Source: Octopus sinensis (lineage: Eukaryota). From it: DNA of 64,000 nucleotides. The translations under genes and the position numbers were made by a program. The notes beneath the pieces are model-generated. The model ran no database searches, was not told the origin of the DNA, and saw nothing but the letters and a program-made list of their open reading frames with translations. The stretch spans positions 9,486,001 through 9,550,000 of the forward strand of contig NC_043010.1 in assembly GCF_006345805.1 (NCBI RefSeq), in the 5' to 3' direction. Shown here piece by piece: positions 51,140-64,000 of the stretch; the stretch's first letter is position 1; every line of letters starts with the position of its first letter.

Positions 51140-51185
<46 letters not shown>

Positions 51186-51654
51186 ATGTGTGTGTGCTTA
51201 TCTTCCTTCAATCGTAAAACCCGCATCGTTTTGTGAAAAATAATGAAAGAAACTGGGGATGCTTTTAAAGTGTAAACACCACCTGGTTTCAATTCTCGGT
51301 TGAAACCATTCCAATGTTATCATAGTCTTAATGTTCTTGGAGAAATCTTAGCATCACAAAAACCTTATCTTTCTTCACCCTGTGCCTAGTCAAAACACAA
51401 ATATCTCGGAGAGTCACATATAGAAGGAAATTTATCAGTTTATCAGTTATCAGGATATCTCGGAAGAAATATTATTTTATTTATCATATATAATTGATAT
51501 GTGTGTCTGCTGTGTATATGCACACGCACACGTAACAGACACACACGCACACACACACACACACACACACAAACATGCATGCACACACATATAGGGATGA
51601 TTGGATGAATGGATGGATGGATTCAGATATAAATATATGTGTGTGTGTATATCA

Positions 51655-51741
51655 TCATCATCCTTATCATCATCATCATCCTCATCATCATCATCATCAT
51701 CATCATCATCACATCATCATCATCATCACCATCATCACCAT

Positions 51742-51803
<62 letters not shown>

Positions 51804-51900
51804 CCATCATCACCATCACCACCACCACCACCACCATCATCATCATCATCCTCCTCCTCCTCCCCTCCTCCTCCTCCTCATCATCATCATCACCATCTTC
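51655..51900. repeat. (CAT)n/(CAC)n/(CCT)n microsatellite
   Basis: Source of the poly-H/I/S ORFs. Confidence 0.95.
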
Positions 51901-51976
51901 ATTATTTTGATGCCCATTTTTCCCTGCAGCTTAGGTAAGATGCAATTCATCAAAGCACATCTTCCACATCTGAAAG

Positions 51977-52323
51977 GGATTAAGTCGATTATATTGATCC
52001 CATTGCGTAACAGGTACTTAATTTATCGACCCCGAAAGGATGAAAGGTAAAGTCAACCTCGGTGGAATTTGAACTTAGAACGTACCGGCAGATGAAATAC
52101 CTATTTCTTTACTACCCACATGGGGCTAAACACAGAGGGGACAAACAAGGACAGACACACAGATTAAACCAATTACATCGACCCCTGTGCATAACTAGTA
52201 CTTATTTAATCGACCCTGAAAGGATGAAAGGCAAAGTTGACCCTGGCGGAATTTGAACTCAGAACGTAACGGCAGACAAAATATCGCTTAGCATTTCACC
52301 TGGCATGCTAACGTTTCTGCCAG
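51977..52323 (-). mobile_element. Two nested or abutting SINE A copies
   Basis: The second copy's TACCTATTTC tail joins the first copy at GAAATAC. Confidence 0.8.
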
Positions 52324-52514
52324 GTAGACTATTTTGGTTGGATATGGCTGCTTTAAATGCTAAAGAATTAATGTTCTGGGCCTGAATCATACTAAGATTG
52401 ACTTTACTATGCATTCTTTCAAGCTGAAAAATAAGTGCCAGTCAAGCACTGAGGATTATGTAGTCAACTCTGTTCTTCCACCAAATATGAAATTACATGT
52501 ATATTAGCAATTCT

Positions 52515-52770
52515 GCCGGTGGCACGTTAAAAGCACCAACCGATCATGGCCGATGCCAGACCACCCCTGGCACCTGTGCAGATGGCACGTAAAAAGCACC
52601 CACTACACTCGTGGAGTGGTTGGCGTCAGGAAGGGCATCCAGCCGTAGAAACACTGCTAGATCAGACTGGAGCCTGGTGCTGCCCCTAGCTTCCCAGACC
52701 CCGGTTGAACCATCCAACCCGTGCTAGCGTGGAAAACGGACGTTAAACGATAATGATGATGATGATGATA
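52515..52770 (+). mobile_element. Family D retroposon with (GAT)n tail
   Basis: Similar to 13598-13810. Confidence 0.75.
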
Positions 52771-54370
52771 TTAGAGGATATTTTAATTTCTGGTATCTTC
52801 ATCTCAGAAATTGAACCACTTTCTATAAGTTTACATCTTTTCTCTTCTCTCTTACATTTCTTTTCTTTCAAACAATGAAATTCCATAATTTAAATAGATT
52901 TGTTTATTAGTAAAGTACATGCTCTAAAGATAGAGTGTTAAGGCATATTATTCTCTGAGAGATTTTTTCCTCACTGAATAAATAATATCTATGGACAAAA
53001 AAACAAAAAAAAAATAAACAAAAGTTGTTCTGAAATAAACATTTGAATTGTGAGCTGTATTCATTAAACGATGCTGTAGAAAGAAGGAACTGAAACAAAA
53101 ACGAGAGACAGAGGAGGAAACTTCGATGATGATGTAGTTGCTGGGTTAAACATCGAGATAATAAAACTAGTTGGCAAATATCAAAGTTTTCAGCCTGAAG
53201 CTGAGTAAAATCTCTACAGAAATATTATGAGGTAAGAGAGGTGGTGCCCTTAACTTGTGATAAATCATCAAGCACCACTCCTGCAACTGATTTCTATTTC
53301 CTCGACCCCCCTCTCCTCCTTCTCTTCCTTCTCTTCCTCTTTCTCTTCCTTCTCCTCTTACTGCTACCCAATTAAATTTCATCGTTGAAGAGCGTGTCAA
53401 TATATGTGATTGTGGTAGTTTAAAGATAAAGGTAGTGGCTTCTAACATTCCACACCAACAAGGAAATGATACTGCCAAGAGATTAGTTCCAGTGAGATAA
53501 TGATGCACTTTTAATCTTAACTGTTTAATCAAGAGTGAAGAGAATTAATCCAATCAAATACTTTAATGCTACAACTGATTCCAAATTCTTCGAGGGCTTT
53601 CTTGTTAACTGTGACAATGTTTACCATGTCATTTCATATCATATTAAACAGTTATTCTTGTATTTAATAAGTTTAATGGTAAATGAGAATTGTTCACAAG
53701 ATATTGGAGAACCTAAAGCAAAGCAACAGAGCTTCTCTCTCTCTATCTCTCCCTGACTCTCTCTCTCTCTCTCTCTCTCTGCCTGTCTATTTCTGTCTCT
53801 GTCTCTGTTTCTTTATCTCTATCTTTCTGTCAGTCTGAATGTCAGTCTGTCTCCACCGCCTACCTCTCTCTCTCTCTCTTTCTCTCTCTGTTTCTCTTTA
53901 AAAGAGCAATCACTGAATGGTAACCATTTTTCTGTGAAGCAACTTCAATGAATTATTAGTCAACTACAAGAGATTTTTTGAAGATTATACACAAAAAAAA
54001 AAAAAGAAAAAAAAGGAAGAAAAAGGAATAACAGTTTTAAGATTCCTAGGCTATTTCCCTTGCATGTTGTGACAAGTGTCACTTTAGAAATAATTTAAAA
54101 CATTTGGCTCATTTTCACAGCAAAGGAATGAGATGCAAAGATAACTCTGGCAAAATCACAACTAGAAATCAAAAGAATCAAAAGAAAATTAATCCCTGTT
54201 GTCTCTTAATACTTGATATAATCTGCATATCTTGCTTTATCCTTAATTACATAAACATAAACAATGGTATGTTATCACAGATTAACATGAATATCTCAAC
54301 AAAACCAAGCAAATATGTTGTCAATCATAATGCATACGTACAACATTACATATCCCAAGGAGAACCTAAA

Positions 54371-54749
54371 TCTCTCTATATATAAACGGCAGTTTGTCTG
54401 TGCGTGTTTCTGTGTGTCTGTTTGCTTGTACCCTCACCCTGACCACGGCTTTCAACCGATTCTGATGAAACTTGACACACACATAGCCCAATGTCATAAT
54501 TCAAACTCACGCAGCGACAATTTTGAAAAGTTCCACCGTTCTGAAAAAACGATAAATTCGACATGGGGTCGAGAATCAAAACACAAACCGCAAACTGTCA
54601 GGGGACGCAACTCCACCTTTTTTTACTCTCAAAAAAAATTTACCATCATTTTTTTCCATTTTTTTTGCTATTTTTTGGCTATAACTCTCTAAAAATGCTT
54701 TATAGTTATTTCCCTTACAAACCTGAGCAACGCCGGGCGATACTGCTAG
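54371..54749 (+). mobile_element. Complete non-autonomous Helitron
   Basis: A|TC start; end CCTGAGCAACGCCGGG-CGATACTG-CTAG|T. Confidence 0.9.
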
Positions 54750-54851
54750 TGTAAACTAAAAGTCAAGTATTTTTCTGCAGTCTGTGGAAGGATTGGTAGA
54801 ATGATTAGAGCGTGAGACAAAATGCCTTGTGGTATTTACTTTATATCCTAA

Positions 54852-55244
54852 CTAGCATATTGCTCGGCGTTGCTCGGGTTGTAAGGGAAATAATTATATA
54901 AGCATTTTTAGAGAGTTATAGCCAAAAAATAGCAAAAAATGCATTAAAATGGAAAAAAAATTATGGTAAATGTTTTTTAATCATTGACTCATCGTAGACA
55001 TTTTTAGAGAGTTACTTCCCTTAATATAATAGCGAAAAAATGCATCAAAATGGAAAAAAATGCTGGTAAATTATTTTTAAAATCGTAGACACATCGTAGA
55101 CGTGCGCTAATACCCAGAAGGGCTCAATATGAATCACAACTATAAGATACCCACTTTTGGTTACGCTGCACTGCAAAATGTGGGAGTAGTTAGGAATCTA
55201 AATCGTAGGAGACAGACACACAACTTCACTTTTATATATAAAGA
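54852..55244 (-). mobile_element. Complete non-autonomous Helitron inserted in an old SINE
   Basis: Minus strand A|TCTTTATATATAAAAG ... CTAG|T; SINE halves at about 54780-54850 and 55245-55400. Confidence 0.85.
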
Positions 55245-56065
55245 TTTTCTGAGTTCAAATCCCACAAAGATCAACATTGTTTTTTTTTATCCTCCTGGGT
55301 TTGATAGAATAAAATATCAGTCACATTCTAGAATCAATATTATTGAATATCTCCTTCTTCCAAATTTGTAGTCTTTGGCCTATTCTAAGACTCAATATTA
55401 TGATTAGTTTTACTTACTGCCTCTTCCATCTATTCTCTCACATTCATTCTCTCTTTCTCAGATACCCCCTCTCTCTCTCAATATACACACACAAATATGT
55501 GCATCTGTGTGTGTGTGTTGTGTGTGTGTGTGTGTTTGTGTGTTATTCCTCTTCTTTCCAAGTGGGGTTGGTTTCAGGAAGGACATCTAGCCATAAACAA
55601 ACTCTGCCCAAACATTCTCTTGTCTCCTTGATGATGCAAGCATGGGCAAGTAAATATTAGAACAATGATTATTATCATTGGCAGGGACGCCAACTTTACC
55701 TTTCATCTTTTTTGTGCTGGTCAGTCAAGTAAGTACCAAATGAACAATGGAATTGCTGTGATTGGTTTATCCTTTTCTCCAAAATTGCTGGTCTTGAGTC
55801 AAAGTTTAAAACCAATATCAGAAATAATTAAAAGAGGTATTCCTTAATTAAAATAAATTCCATTAGCATTAATATTAAAGAATATTGAGGTTAGTGAACT
55901 TGTAGAATTAGTAGAGTGTCATAGTAAAAATCATGTGACTATTAGTTATGTCTCCTAAAATCCTCAGTTGAAATCATTTGAATATTCTTTCAAGCTGATA
56001 AAATAAGCCTCAATTAAGTGCTAAGATTGATATAATGAACTCTGTTCTCACACTAAATTTGACAT

Positions 56066-56287
56066 TACTCTTTACTCTTTACTCTTTTACTTGTTTCAGT
56101 CATTTGACTGCAGCCATGCTGGAGCACCGCCTTTAGTCGAGCAAATCGACCCCGGGACTTATTCTTTTGTAAGCCCAGTACTTATTCTATCGGTCTCTTT
56201 TGCCGAACCGCTAAGTGATGGGGACGTAAACACACCAGCATCGGTTGTCAAGCAATGCTAGAGGGACAAACACAGACACACAAACAT

Positions 56288-56320
<33 letters not shown>

Positions 56321-56413
56321 CATATATACGACAGGCTTCTTTCAGTTTCTGTCTACCAAATCCACTCACAAGGCTTTGGTCGGCCCGAGGCTATAGCAGA
56401 AGACACTTGCCCA
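56066..56413 (-). mobile_element. SINE family B, 5'-truncated
   Basis: Reverse complement of family B. Confidence 0.9.
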
Positions 56414-57880
56414 TTACATGTATATTTGGAATTAATGTCATAGAATATTTCCATTTCTGGTATTTCAACTACTAGTTCTTCCTCTAAATTATTAGTATCA
56501 TTTGGCTTGTAGCTGTTATATTTATGCTTATGGACAATAATTGGTACTGTATTCTGCATTCAAAAACTAGACTCTTGCTTCCACAACACTTTTTATTTGC
56601 AAACAAGGCATTGCTAAAATTCTTTTAGCACCAAGAATTCTTCTGGTAAATTTCAGTTGGTATGGCATGCTTCTCTCATAAAGGAGCGCTGTCTTCTATT
56701 TTGGCTTAATGGCATAAAACTTTAAATTGTTACAGTTTTACCTTTATATTTCACTGATATCGTGATACTACTGGACACTTTGATAGGTTACTTAGAGTGC
56801 AACGGCAATTGAAATTCAGAATTTGTCATATTGTAGAAGGATTTCAGCTTTTTGAATCTGACTTGTGACACAAGCAATTGTACAGCTTCAGCATGCAAGT
56901 ATACTTCTATGCTTTCACTGTCTAACTTAATTTTCTCCAACCAATCATTTGGGATGTGTTTTCTCAATGGTTGTGTGAAAAAGGTATGTATATTCTCAGT
57001 TTTAGCAGCTCTTGAAAGCTGTGGTTACTTTACAAATCAATTTTCCTGATAAAATGTAACTTTTCCATTATGACAAACTAAAACGAAATGTTTCTTCTCC
57101 CTATATAAATGTTACATTTACATGCCTGCCTTGCTAAGAAATCTTCCTTCATGTAACTTTTTGTATAGTCAGACTAATGCCAATACCCATATCCATTCTA
57201 TTCATTTGTGGGCTCATTCTATTGCTATGAATGTCTGTATGATATGAATCTTAATGCATTTGATACTTATCAAGTATCTAAGTGAATTGTTATTTTTAAA
57301 ATCTGATACCTTTTGTTCAAGTCATAAAGTTTTATTTAGTATTTATTGAAGAATCTAAAATAACTGCCTTATTTCACTCCTTGCAGTTGAAGATGTCATA
57401 GCCTACAAACTACTGAATCTAAAATACAATCTCTATTTTACAGCCTTTCAATTTTCATGGTTTGTTTACCAAATTATGCAACTTTGTTATGTGACTTATG
57501 TCAGTTACTGTTGTTGTTTAGTGCCAAATGAATCCTAGCTGCACAAACATTTCCTCAAAAGGATATTCCAGTTTTTTTTTCGTTTTCTTTGTACACATTT
57601 CTCACTGTTTTTTAGTCTAGAGGAAAGTGCAGCACCCATGGTTCTGTGCCCATCTCTCTTAGCATTGTAAGACTTATTCCATTCATGTTCCTTTTGAACC
57701 TCTGTAAGTCAAGAAAGACATGACCAAAGTGAAAATTCCAGAAGCTTGAAATTCTGGGAAGTTAAGAACCTCCCCCACTCCCAGCAAGGCATTAATTGCC
57801 TCAGAGCTATTGTAGAATCGAACATACTCCTTACATAAAGGATTCATGACAATGATTATAACTGGGTGTAGCAAATGTGA
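56414..57880 (-). pseudogene. Degenerate protein-coding relic of unknown family, possibly a non-LTR ORF1
   Basis: One frame reads protein-like from about 57180 to 56414 with scattered stops and no frameshift; upstream remnants VRFYNSSEA and FNCKE. Confidence 0.4.
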
Positions 57881-58119
57881 TTTTTGGTGGTAGATTCATA
57901 CACAAATCTTTCAAAATATTCCCCTGATTTTTTAAAGTTTTGGTTTCCCTTTTATATTACTCTTTATATCATAAAAATGAATACATTCCACTGTTCTGAC
58001 TTTTTAGCATTCAGATTACTCTGTCAAATATAATGCTTATTTATTCGCATCGTTTTTAGTTAATCATGTATTATCTCATTATCTCATAGCTTTGAGATTT
58101 TGATAATATCATTGTTTAT

Positions 58120-58453
58120 ATTTTGTGAACCCCCTTCGGTCATGACTGACCATGAGATTGCACCTAGCAAGTACCCTCCCAGGCACAAGTCTGGGTAAGG
58201 TTGTTCAAGGAAGACCAGCAGTTGCCCATGCATACCGGCCTCCCCTCTCCATGCCACTAGTGTTATCCAAGGGAAAGGCAAAGGAGCCGATACAGCTTGG
58301 CACCTGTGACGTTGCGACTCATTTCTACAGCTGAGTGAACTAGAGCAACGTGAAATAAAGTGTCTTGCTCAAGAACACAACATGCAGCCCGGTCCAATAT
58401 TTGAACTCACAACCTCACGACCGTAAGCTCGATGCTCTAACCACTGTGCCATG
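58120..58453 (-). mobile_element. tRNA-derived SINE, family E
   Basis: Minus-strand TGGCACAGTGGTTAGAG A box and GAGTTCAAAT B box; shares CAGCTGAGTGAACT with 11225-11410. Confidence 0.7.
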
Positions 58454-59441
58454 TTTATATTTAGAATGACATTATAGGACAAGTGTGAGAGGTTGAATTT
58501 GGCCAAGTTGAACATAAAGCAGGTAGACTATTTAAGTTGGTTTTGGCCAATTTAAAAGCTAAAATGTTAATATGAAAACATTGTAAGTTAAGAACATCTG
58601 ACTTTCAATTACACTTGTATCAGATATGAATTCACAAACCAGTACCTGTTTCCCTTATATTTTGTGTGCTCAGTATCATATCTCATTCATTAACTATTTC
58701 ACTTCCACTGTATATTGTGCAATGTCAAATTTGTGACACATTCTCAATATTTGATTTCATAGATGGCTCTGTCAATGCTGTTAGTCTGCCAGTCTTTGTT
58801 AAGCTGCCAAAAATTCCAGTCCAGCAATTTATCTAATTCTCAGTGCAACAATAATAATAACTACAATGTATCGTTAAAATTAATGAATGTCTTTGGTACA
58901 TTCGGGAAGATAAAAAGAGAATTAAAAGTAAACCAATCAGAAAATATTTTTAAGATGTTCAGAGACATGGAATCTGGAAAGTTCTATTGTAGACTCATTG
59001 GTTAATCTTTTATTCTTTCAAGATAGGCTTAATTGATAAAAAATATCTTGGTCAACTATATCAAATATGCTCGTAGGCACTTTTCTATTTGCGTTTCATG
59101 CAGTAGGGATCCTGGAATATTTTACCCAGTTATTCTTGTAAATTATCCTGCCTCTCAGTGTTAATTTGTGTAAAACCTATATCTTCCTTTTCGGCATTCT
59201 AAGATCATTATGCCATAACAGAAAACGCTGTTTTGCTAATGAGGTCTAACAAGTCTGAAACATGCCTGGAGTTGCTATGATATTTGCAGAGATTGAATTT
59301 ATGTATTCTATAATTAATTTTAATTAGCTTAAACTCATGCCTTTCTTGACTAAAATTAGTTATCAGATAAACAGTCTTTCTTTTCTCATCACTAAAGATG
59401 TAATTTTTAGGTAACTTGAAACCATTCAACTTCAAGGGAAT

Positions 59442-59442
<1 letters not shown>

Positions 59443-59484
<42 letters not shown>

Positions 59485-59682
59485 CAGCAGCAGCAGCAGA
59501 ATCATCATCATCATCACCAGTAGCAGAAGCAGCAGCAGTGGTAGTAGTAGCAGCAGCAGTAACAGCAGCAGCAGTGGTGGTGGTAGTGGTGGTGGTGATA
59601 GTAGTAGTAGCAACAGCAGCAGCAACAGTAGCAGCAACAGCAGCAGTAGTAGTAGTAGCAGCTGGTGGTGGTGGTGGTGGTT

Positions 59683-59756
<74 letters not shown>

Positions 59757-59760
59757 TGTA
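59443..59760. repeat. Compound (TAG)n/(CAG)n/(TGG)n microsatellite
   Basis: Visible triplet runs. Confidence 0.95.
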
Positions 59761-60076
59761 GTTTACAGTGATAAATGTTTGATCTATAAGTTAAAAACTA
59801 ACTGAAATTAGTTGATATGATGCCCAGGTAGTAATTTTTTGTGTGGAAAAAGGGACACACAATGATGATGAGGGAGGATAAAGAGGAGGTGGAAGTGGAA
59901 GGTAGGTGGAGAAGGAGGAAGAAGAGGAGGAAAAAAGCAAAAGTTAGAGAAAGCAGGAGAGGAAGTGGAGGAGGGGATTGGTGTTTGGTGGTGCATGCAG
60001 TCATGATAGTGATATTAATGATGATGATGATAATGATGATGACAACAATGAGGATTATGATAGTAATGACTATGAT

Positions 60077-60475
60077 GGTTGCAGGAGTGGCTGTGTGGTA
60101 AGTAGCTTGCTAACCAACCACATGGTTCTGGGTTCAGTCCCACTGCATGGCATCTTGGGCAAGTGTCTTCTGTTATAGCCCTGGCCTGACCAATGCCTTG
60201 TGAGTGGATTTGGTAGACGGAAACTGAAAGAAGCCTGTCGTATATATGTATATATATATATGTGTGTGTGTGTTTGTGTGTCTGTCTTTGTCCCCCTATC
60301 ATTGCTTGACAACCGATGCTGGTGTGTTTACGTCCCCATCACTTAGCGGTTCGGCAAAAGAGATCGATAGAATAAGTACTGGGCTTACAAAGAATAAGTC
60401 CCGGGGTCGATTTGCTCGACTAAAGGCGGTGCTCCAGCATGGCCGCAGTCAAATGACTGAAACAAGTAAAAGAAG
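60077..60475 (+). mobile_element. SINE family B, full length
   Basis: Matches family B end to end. Confidence 0.9.
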
Positions 60476-62453
60476 AAAAAAAAAATGGTGAGACAGAGCA
60501 CAGAAAGTATCAGAAACAATAAACCATCAACCTTGGTCTCTTCACATTTTATTATAGCTCAAATCCATGTTTAGATCAAACACATGTTACTTTCATCCAG
60601 AGAGGACAAACTAAGTACCAGTAATGTATTATGACAGATGCAATCAGCTACATACCTCATCTTGCAATTTGTAGCCAGCCTTGTGAGAAATCAATAAGCA
60701 AACATTTGACAACTACTTTTATCAGTTTGTCATTCCAATTTAGAAAATGTGTCCATTTAGAGTAATTCTTCAGAAAGGCTGTAGCCAAGGCCTTTAAAGC
60801 AACTTCTAAATATTATTATAGTTGTTTTCTATAACAACATGACATCAACGAAACACATTCATAGAGAAGAAACCCTACGAAGTAATATAGCATGCAGGAA
60901 GGAAAGATTGCTATAGGCTGGGTTTTGCTATTTGATTTCCCCTAAAGCAGAGAGAGTTGAAGAAATTTCCCTTTATGTTCATTTAATGTTGAATTGACAA
61001 AGAAATATCTGTGTCTGCTATGCTTTGAAACTAGAGAGCAAGAAGGAGATAGGGAGAGAGAGTGGGGGAGAGAAAGAAGAGAGAGAGAGAGAGAAGAATG
61101 CATTAAAAGAAAATCTTTATTTTTAAAACACTAACTGTTTGCAATTGAATTGTAATGTTGTATTAGTGATCGCGAGAGAGAAGCGGAATCAGAAATACAC
61201 AGAAGCAGCATTATTAAAAATAAAATGAAATAAAATAAAATTGTGTGTTTAAGCTTTACAACAACCAAAGAGATAAAAAGAATAACTATCATTCTTCTCC
61301 TCAATGCAGAGCACTTGAAAAAAAAAATATTTTAAAATAAAACATTAGAAAAATTAAAAATGAAAAAAAATGAAGCTCAACTGTGCATACAATTAAAAAT
61401 TCAATTAATTTAAAATGGCTACCTAGAACAAGGAGAAGCACTTGAAATTGTATAAAGACAGTGTTATCAAACAGAAACAGTGATGCCATTGGAATGGTGG
61501 GTAAATACTTGGAAAAATAGCAGAAAAACAAACAAGATATGATTTGTAAAAAAAAAAAAAAAAAAAAAATCCTAAAAAAACAAATGAATAAGGTTTTAAT
61601 ATTTTTGTCAATTGCTATGAAATTACATTTTGTCTTTTATTCTGATCTCTCATTAAGAATTAGTCATATGTGGAAATTATATTGGAATTTTTGCTAAAGA
61701 TCTTGCAGGTCATCACATTTTTGCAATAATACAAGAAAAAAAAATTGCCCACAGTTGTGCTTTATTTGCTTCATAACCTCGAGAAATTATAATAATTTCG
61801 ATTGTAACATTTACTGATAGTTCAGTTGATTATTGGCTATATGGAAATGAGATTTGGTACCAAATCCATGACTGTAACCAATGAAGGTTGAAAGAAATGT
61901 GACTGTGTACGGAATCTGAAACAAAGGTATAAAAGAGAAAGAAAAGAGAACAAAAACCATTTTGTAAGAAAATCTCATTTAATTAAATTATTCTTCAATT
62001 ACATTATCAAAATTAATTTCTTTCTCTAAATAATTAGGTCAGAAACAATTAATTAGCCAACATCAATGTAATCCAGGAGAGTAAATTAAATTAAATCATT
62101 ATTACAGGGCCAGATATTGTAAGTATTTTGATTGTCATTAAAAAGCAAGCGTGTCTTAAATAATATATTTACTATACAAAGCCCATTGTTATCACTCTGA
62201 AGAGAGAATGACCTTGTGACATGTACCTTGCCATTGTTGCTTGTTTTAGAGATTTATGTAGTTTCAAACAGACATAGACAACCTCTTGACACTTCTGACT
62301 CTTGACTCAGCTGGACAACAGGTAGGACGGGGTAGGGGTTAGGGTTGCAGCTGCACTATGTTTGTACACGTTTTCAATTGCATTTGTATTTAAATTAAAT
62401 TTAATTTACAAAATTAACCATGAAGGTTGATCCTCGTGATCATGGGCCACATA

Positions 62454-63338
62454 CAAGGTGGTATCAAAAAGTTACCAGACTAATTCTGTTGCACAACAAC
62501 AGATGGCAGCACACAGTTGTATGTGCTGTGAAAGCTAGCAGTGACCTTCATGTGGGAATGTGCCAAAGGACATTCTTGTGTTTACTTCACAAGTTGTGAA
62601 ATTTGTGTTTTTCTGATCATGTATATCTTATAGTCTGTGATTTTTGTCATGGACAAGAAATTGAAACAAAGAGCCAACGTGAGATATGGCGTTAAACTTG
62701 TATAGTCTGCTGCAGATACATTGAGCATGCTTTGGCAAGCTTATGGCAACAAGGTAATGGGTCATACACTATGTTTCAAGTGGCATGGGCATTTCAGAAA
62801 TGAAAGCAGCACAGTCCTGGAAAGCAATAAATGATCTGGATGACCTGCCATGAGCTTCACCCAATTGATGTGGAGAAAATTCCTCGTCTTGTGCCTGAGG
62901 ATCATCGGAGGACAATCAACAATGCTTGGAAGTATTTGTGGGAGGACATTTAGTGAAAACAATCAGTTTGGTGAAGACGTGGATTCTTCATGACAATACA
63001 CTCTGTCACTGAGTTCTCCTCACTCGGGAGTTTCCTATCAAAAGCACTTCCACACCTGCCCTATTCACTAGGTTTAGCTCCTGCAGACTTCCATCTCTTC
63101 CCCAAGATGAAACTGCAGCTCAGTCATCGTTTTAACAGTGTTTTTGAGGTCCAGAGTGAATCACAGAAACTCCTCGACTCGCTTAAGAAAAAACAGCTTC
63201 CAAGCCAGATTCTAAATGTGGCAGGAACACTGGGACTGGTGTATTTCTGTGCAAGGTGACTATTTCAAAGTAAATTTGGGTAAAAAAGTTATCTTTTAGT
63301 AATCATAACTAGTCTCGGAAATTTTTGATACCAGCATG
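62454..63338 (+). mobile_element. Mariner relic with an internal deletion, same family as 29242-30408
   Basis: TA on both sides; TIR CAAGGTGGTATCAAAAAGTTACCAGACTA; peptides LHDNTLCH and YSLGLAPADFHLFPKMKLQL. Confidence 0.85.
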
Positions 63339-63428
63339 TACCTCACCCTCTATGCCACAAACTTTCAAGATCAATTCTAGATTAGGCAGCCAATGTGTTA
63401 TTATGCAGTACACTTCATTCCACAATAG

Positions 63429-63658
63429 TCTTTTACTCTTTTACTCTTTTACTTGTTTCAGTCATGTGACTGTGGCCATGCTGGAGCACCGCCTTTAGTC
63501 GATCAAATCGACCCCAGGACTTATTCTTTGAAAGTCTAGTACTTATTTTATTGGTCTCTTTTTTGCTGAACTGCTAAGTTACGGGGACATAAACACACCA
63601 GCATCGGTTGTCAAGCGATGCTGGGGGTGGGGGAACAAACACAGACACACAAACATGC

Positions 63659-63701
<43 letters not shown>

Positions 63702-63868
63702 TACGACGGGCATCTTTCAGTTTCCGTCTACCAAATCCACTCACAAGACTTTGGTCGGCTCGAGGCTATAGTAGAAGACACTTACCCAAGGTGCCATGCA
63801 GTGGGACTGAACCCAGGAACCATGTGGTTTGTAAGCAAGCTACTTATCACACAGCCACTCCTACGCCT
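63429..63868 (-). mobile_element. SINE family B, full length
   Basis: Reverse complement of family B. Confidence 0.9.
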
Positions 63869-63884
63869 GCTCCAGTTTAATCAG

Positions 63885-63919
<35 letters not shown>

Positions 63920-64000
63920 TATCACATACTTGTATGCATATGTATGTATAGATATATATATATATCATCATTATCATCATCGATAGCATCCGTTTTCCAT

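Noticed and set aside
51930-51934. Apparent 5-nt microexon or recursive splice site (ccctgcag CTTAG gtaag)
   Set aside because: Lies in what looks like a decayed family D tail next to (CAT)n; 5 nt is not frame-preserving and nothing else supports it.

Overview
Very AT-rich, microsatellite-saturated eukaryotic DNA. The repeat families and the density of (TA)n/(CA)n/(ATC)n tracts suggest an octopod cephalopod (inferred from recall, not from a search). No intact protein-coding gene is recognisable. Almost every ORF in the track is a microsatellite translation, a SINE read-through or a transposon relic. The window holds dozens of tRNA-derived SINEs, LINE relics (CR1-like, RTE, R4/Dong-like), two mariner relics, several Helitrons (one with a PIF1 helicase fragment), hAT- and pogo-type MITEs, and two microsatellite-bounded tandem duplications. 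A few short candidate exons of an unidentified host gene are low confidence. The most interesting signal is five different minimal type-I hammerhead-ribozyme-like motifs, mostly in Penelope-type terminal repeats or foldbacks. One family has a C3:G8 to G3:C8 compensatory swap in the catalytic core and intact copies 582 nt apart in a tandem dimer. SINE family names are my own labels and SINE/LINE boundaries are approximate.
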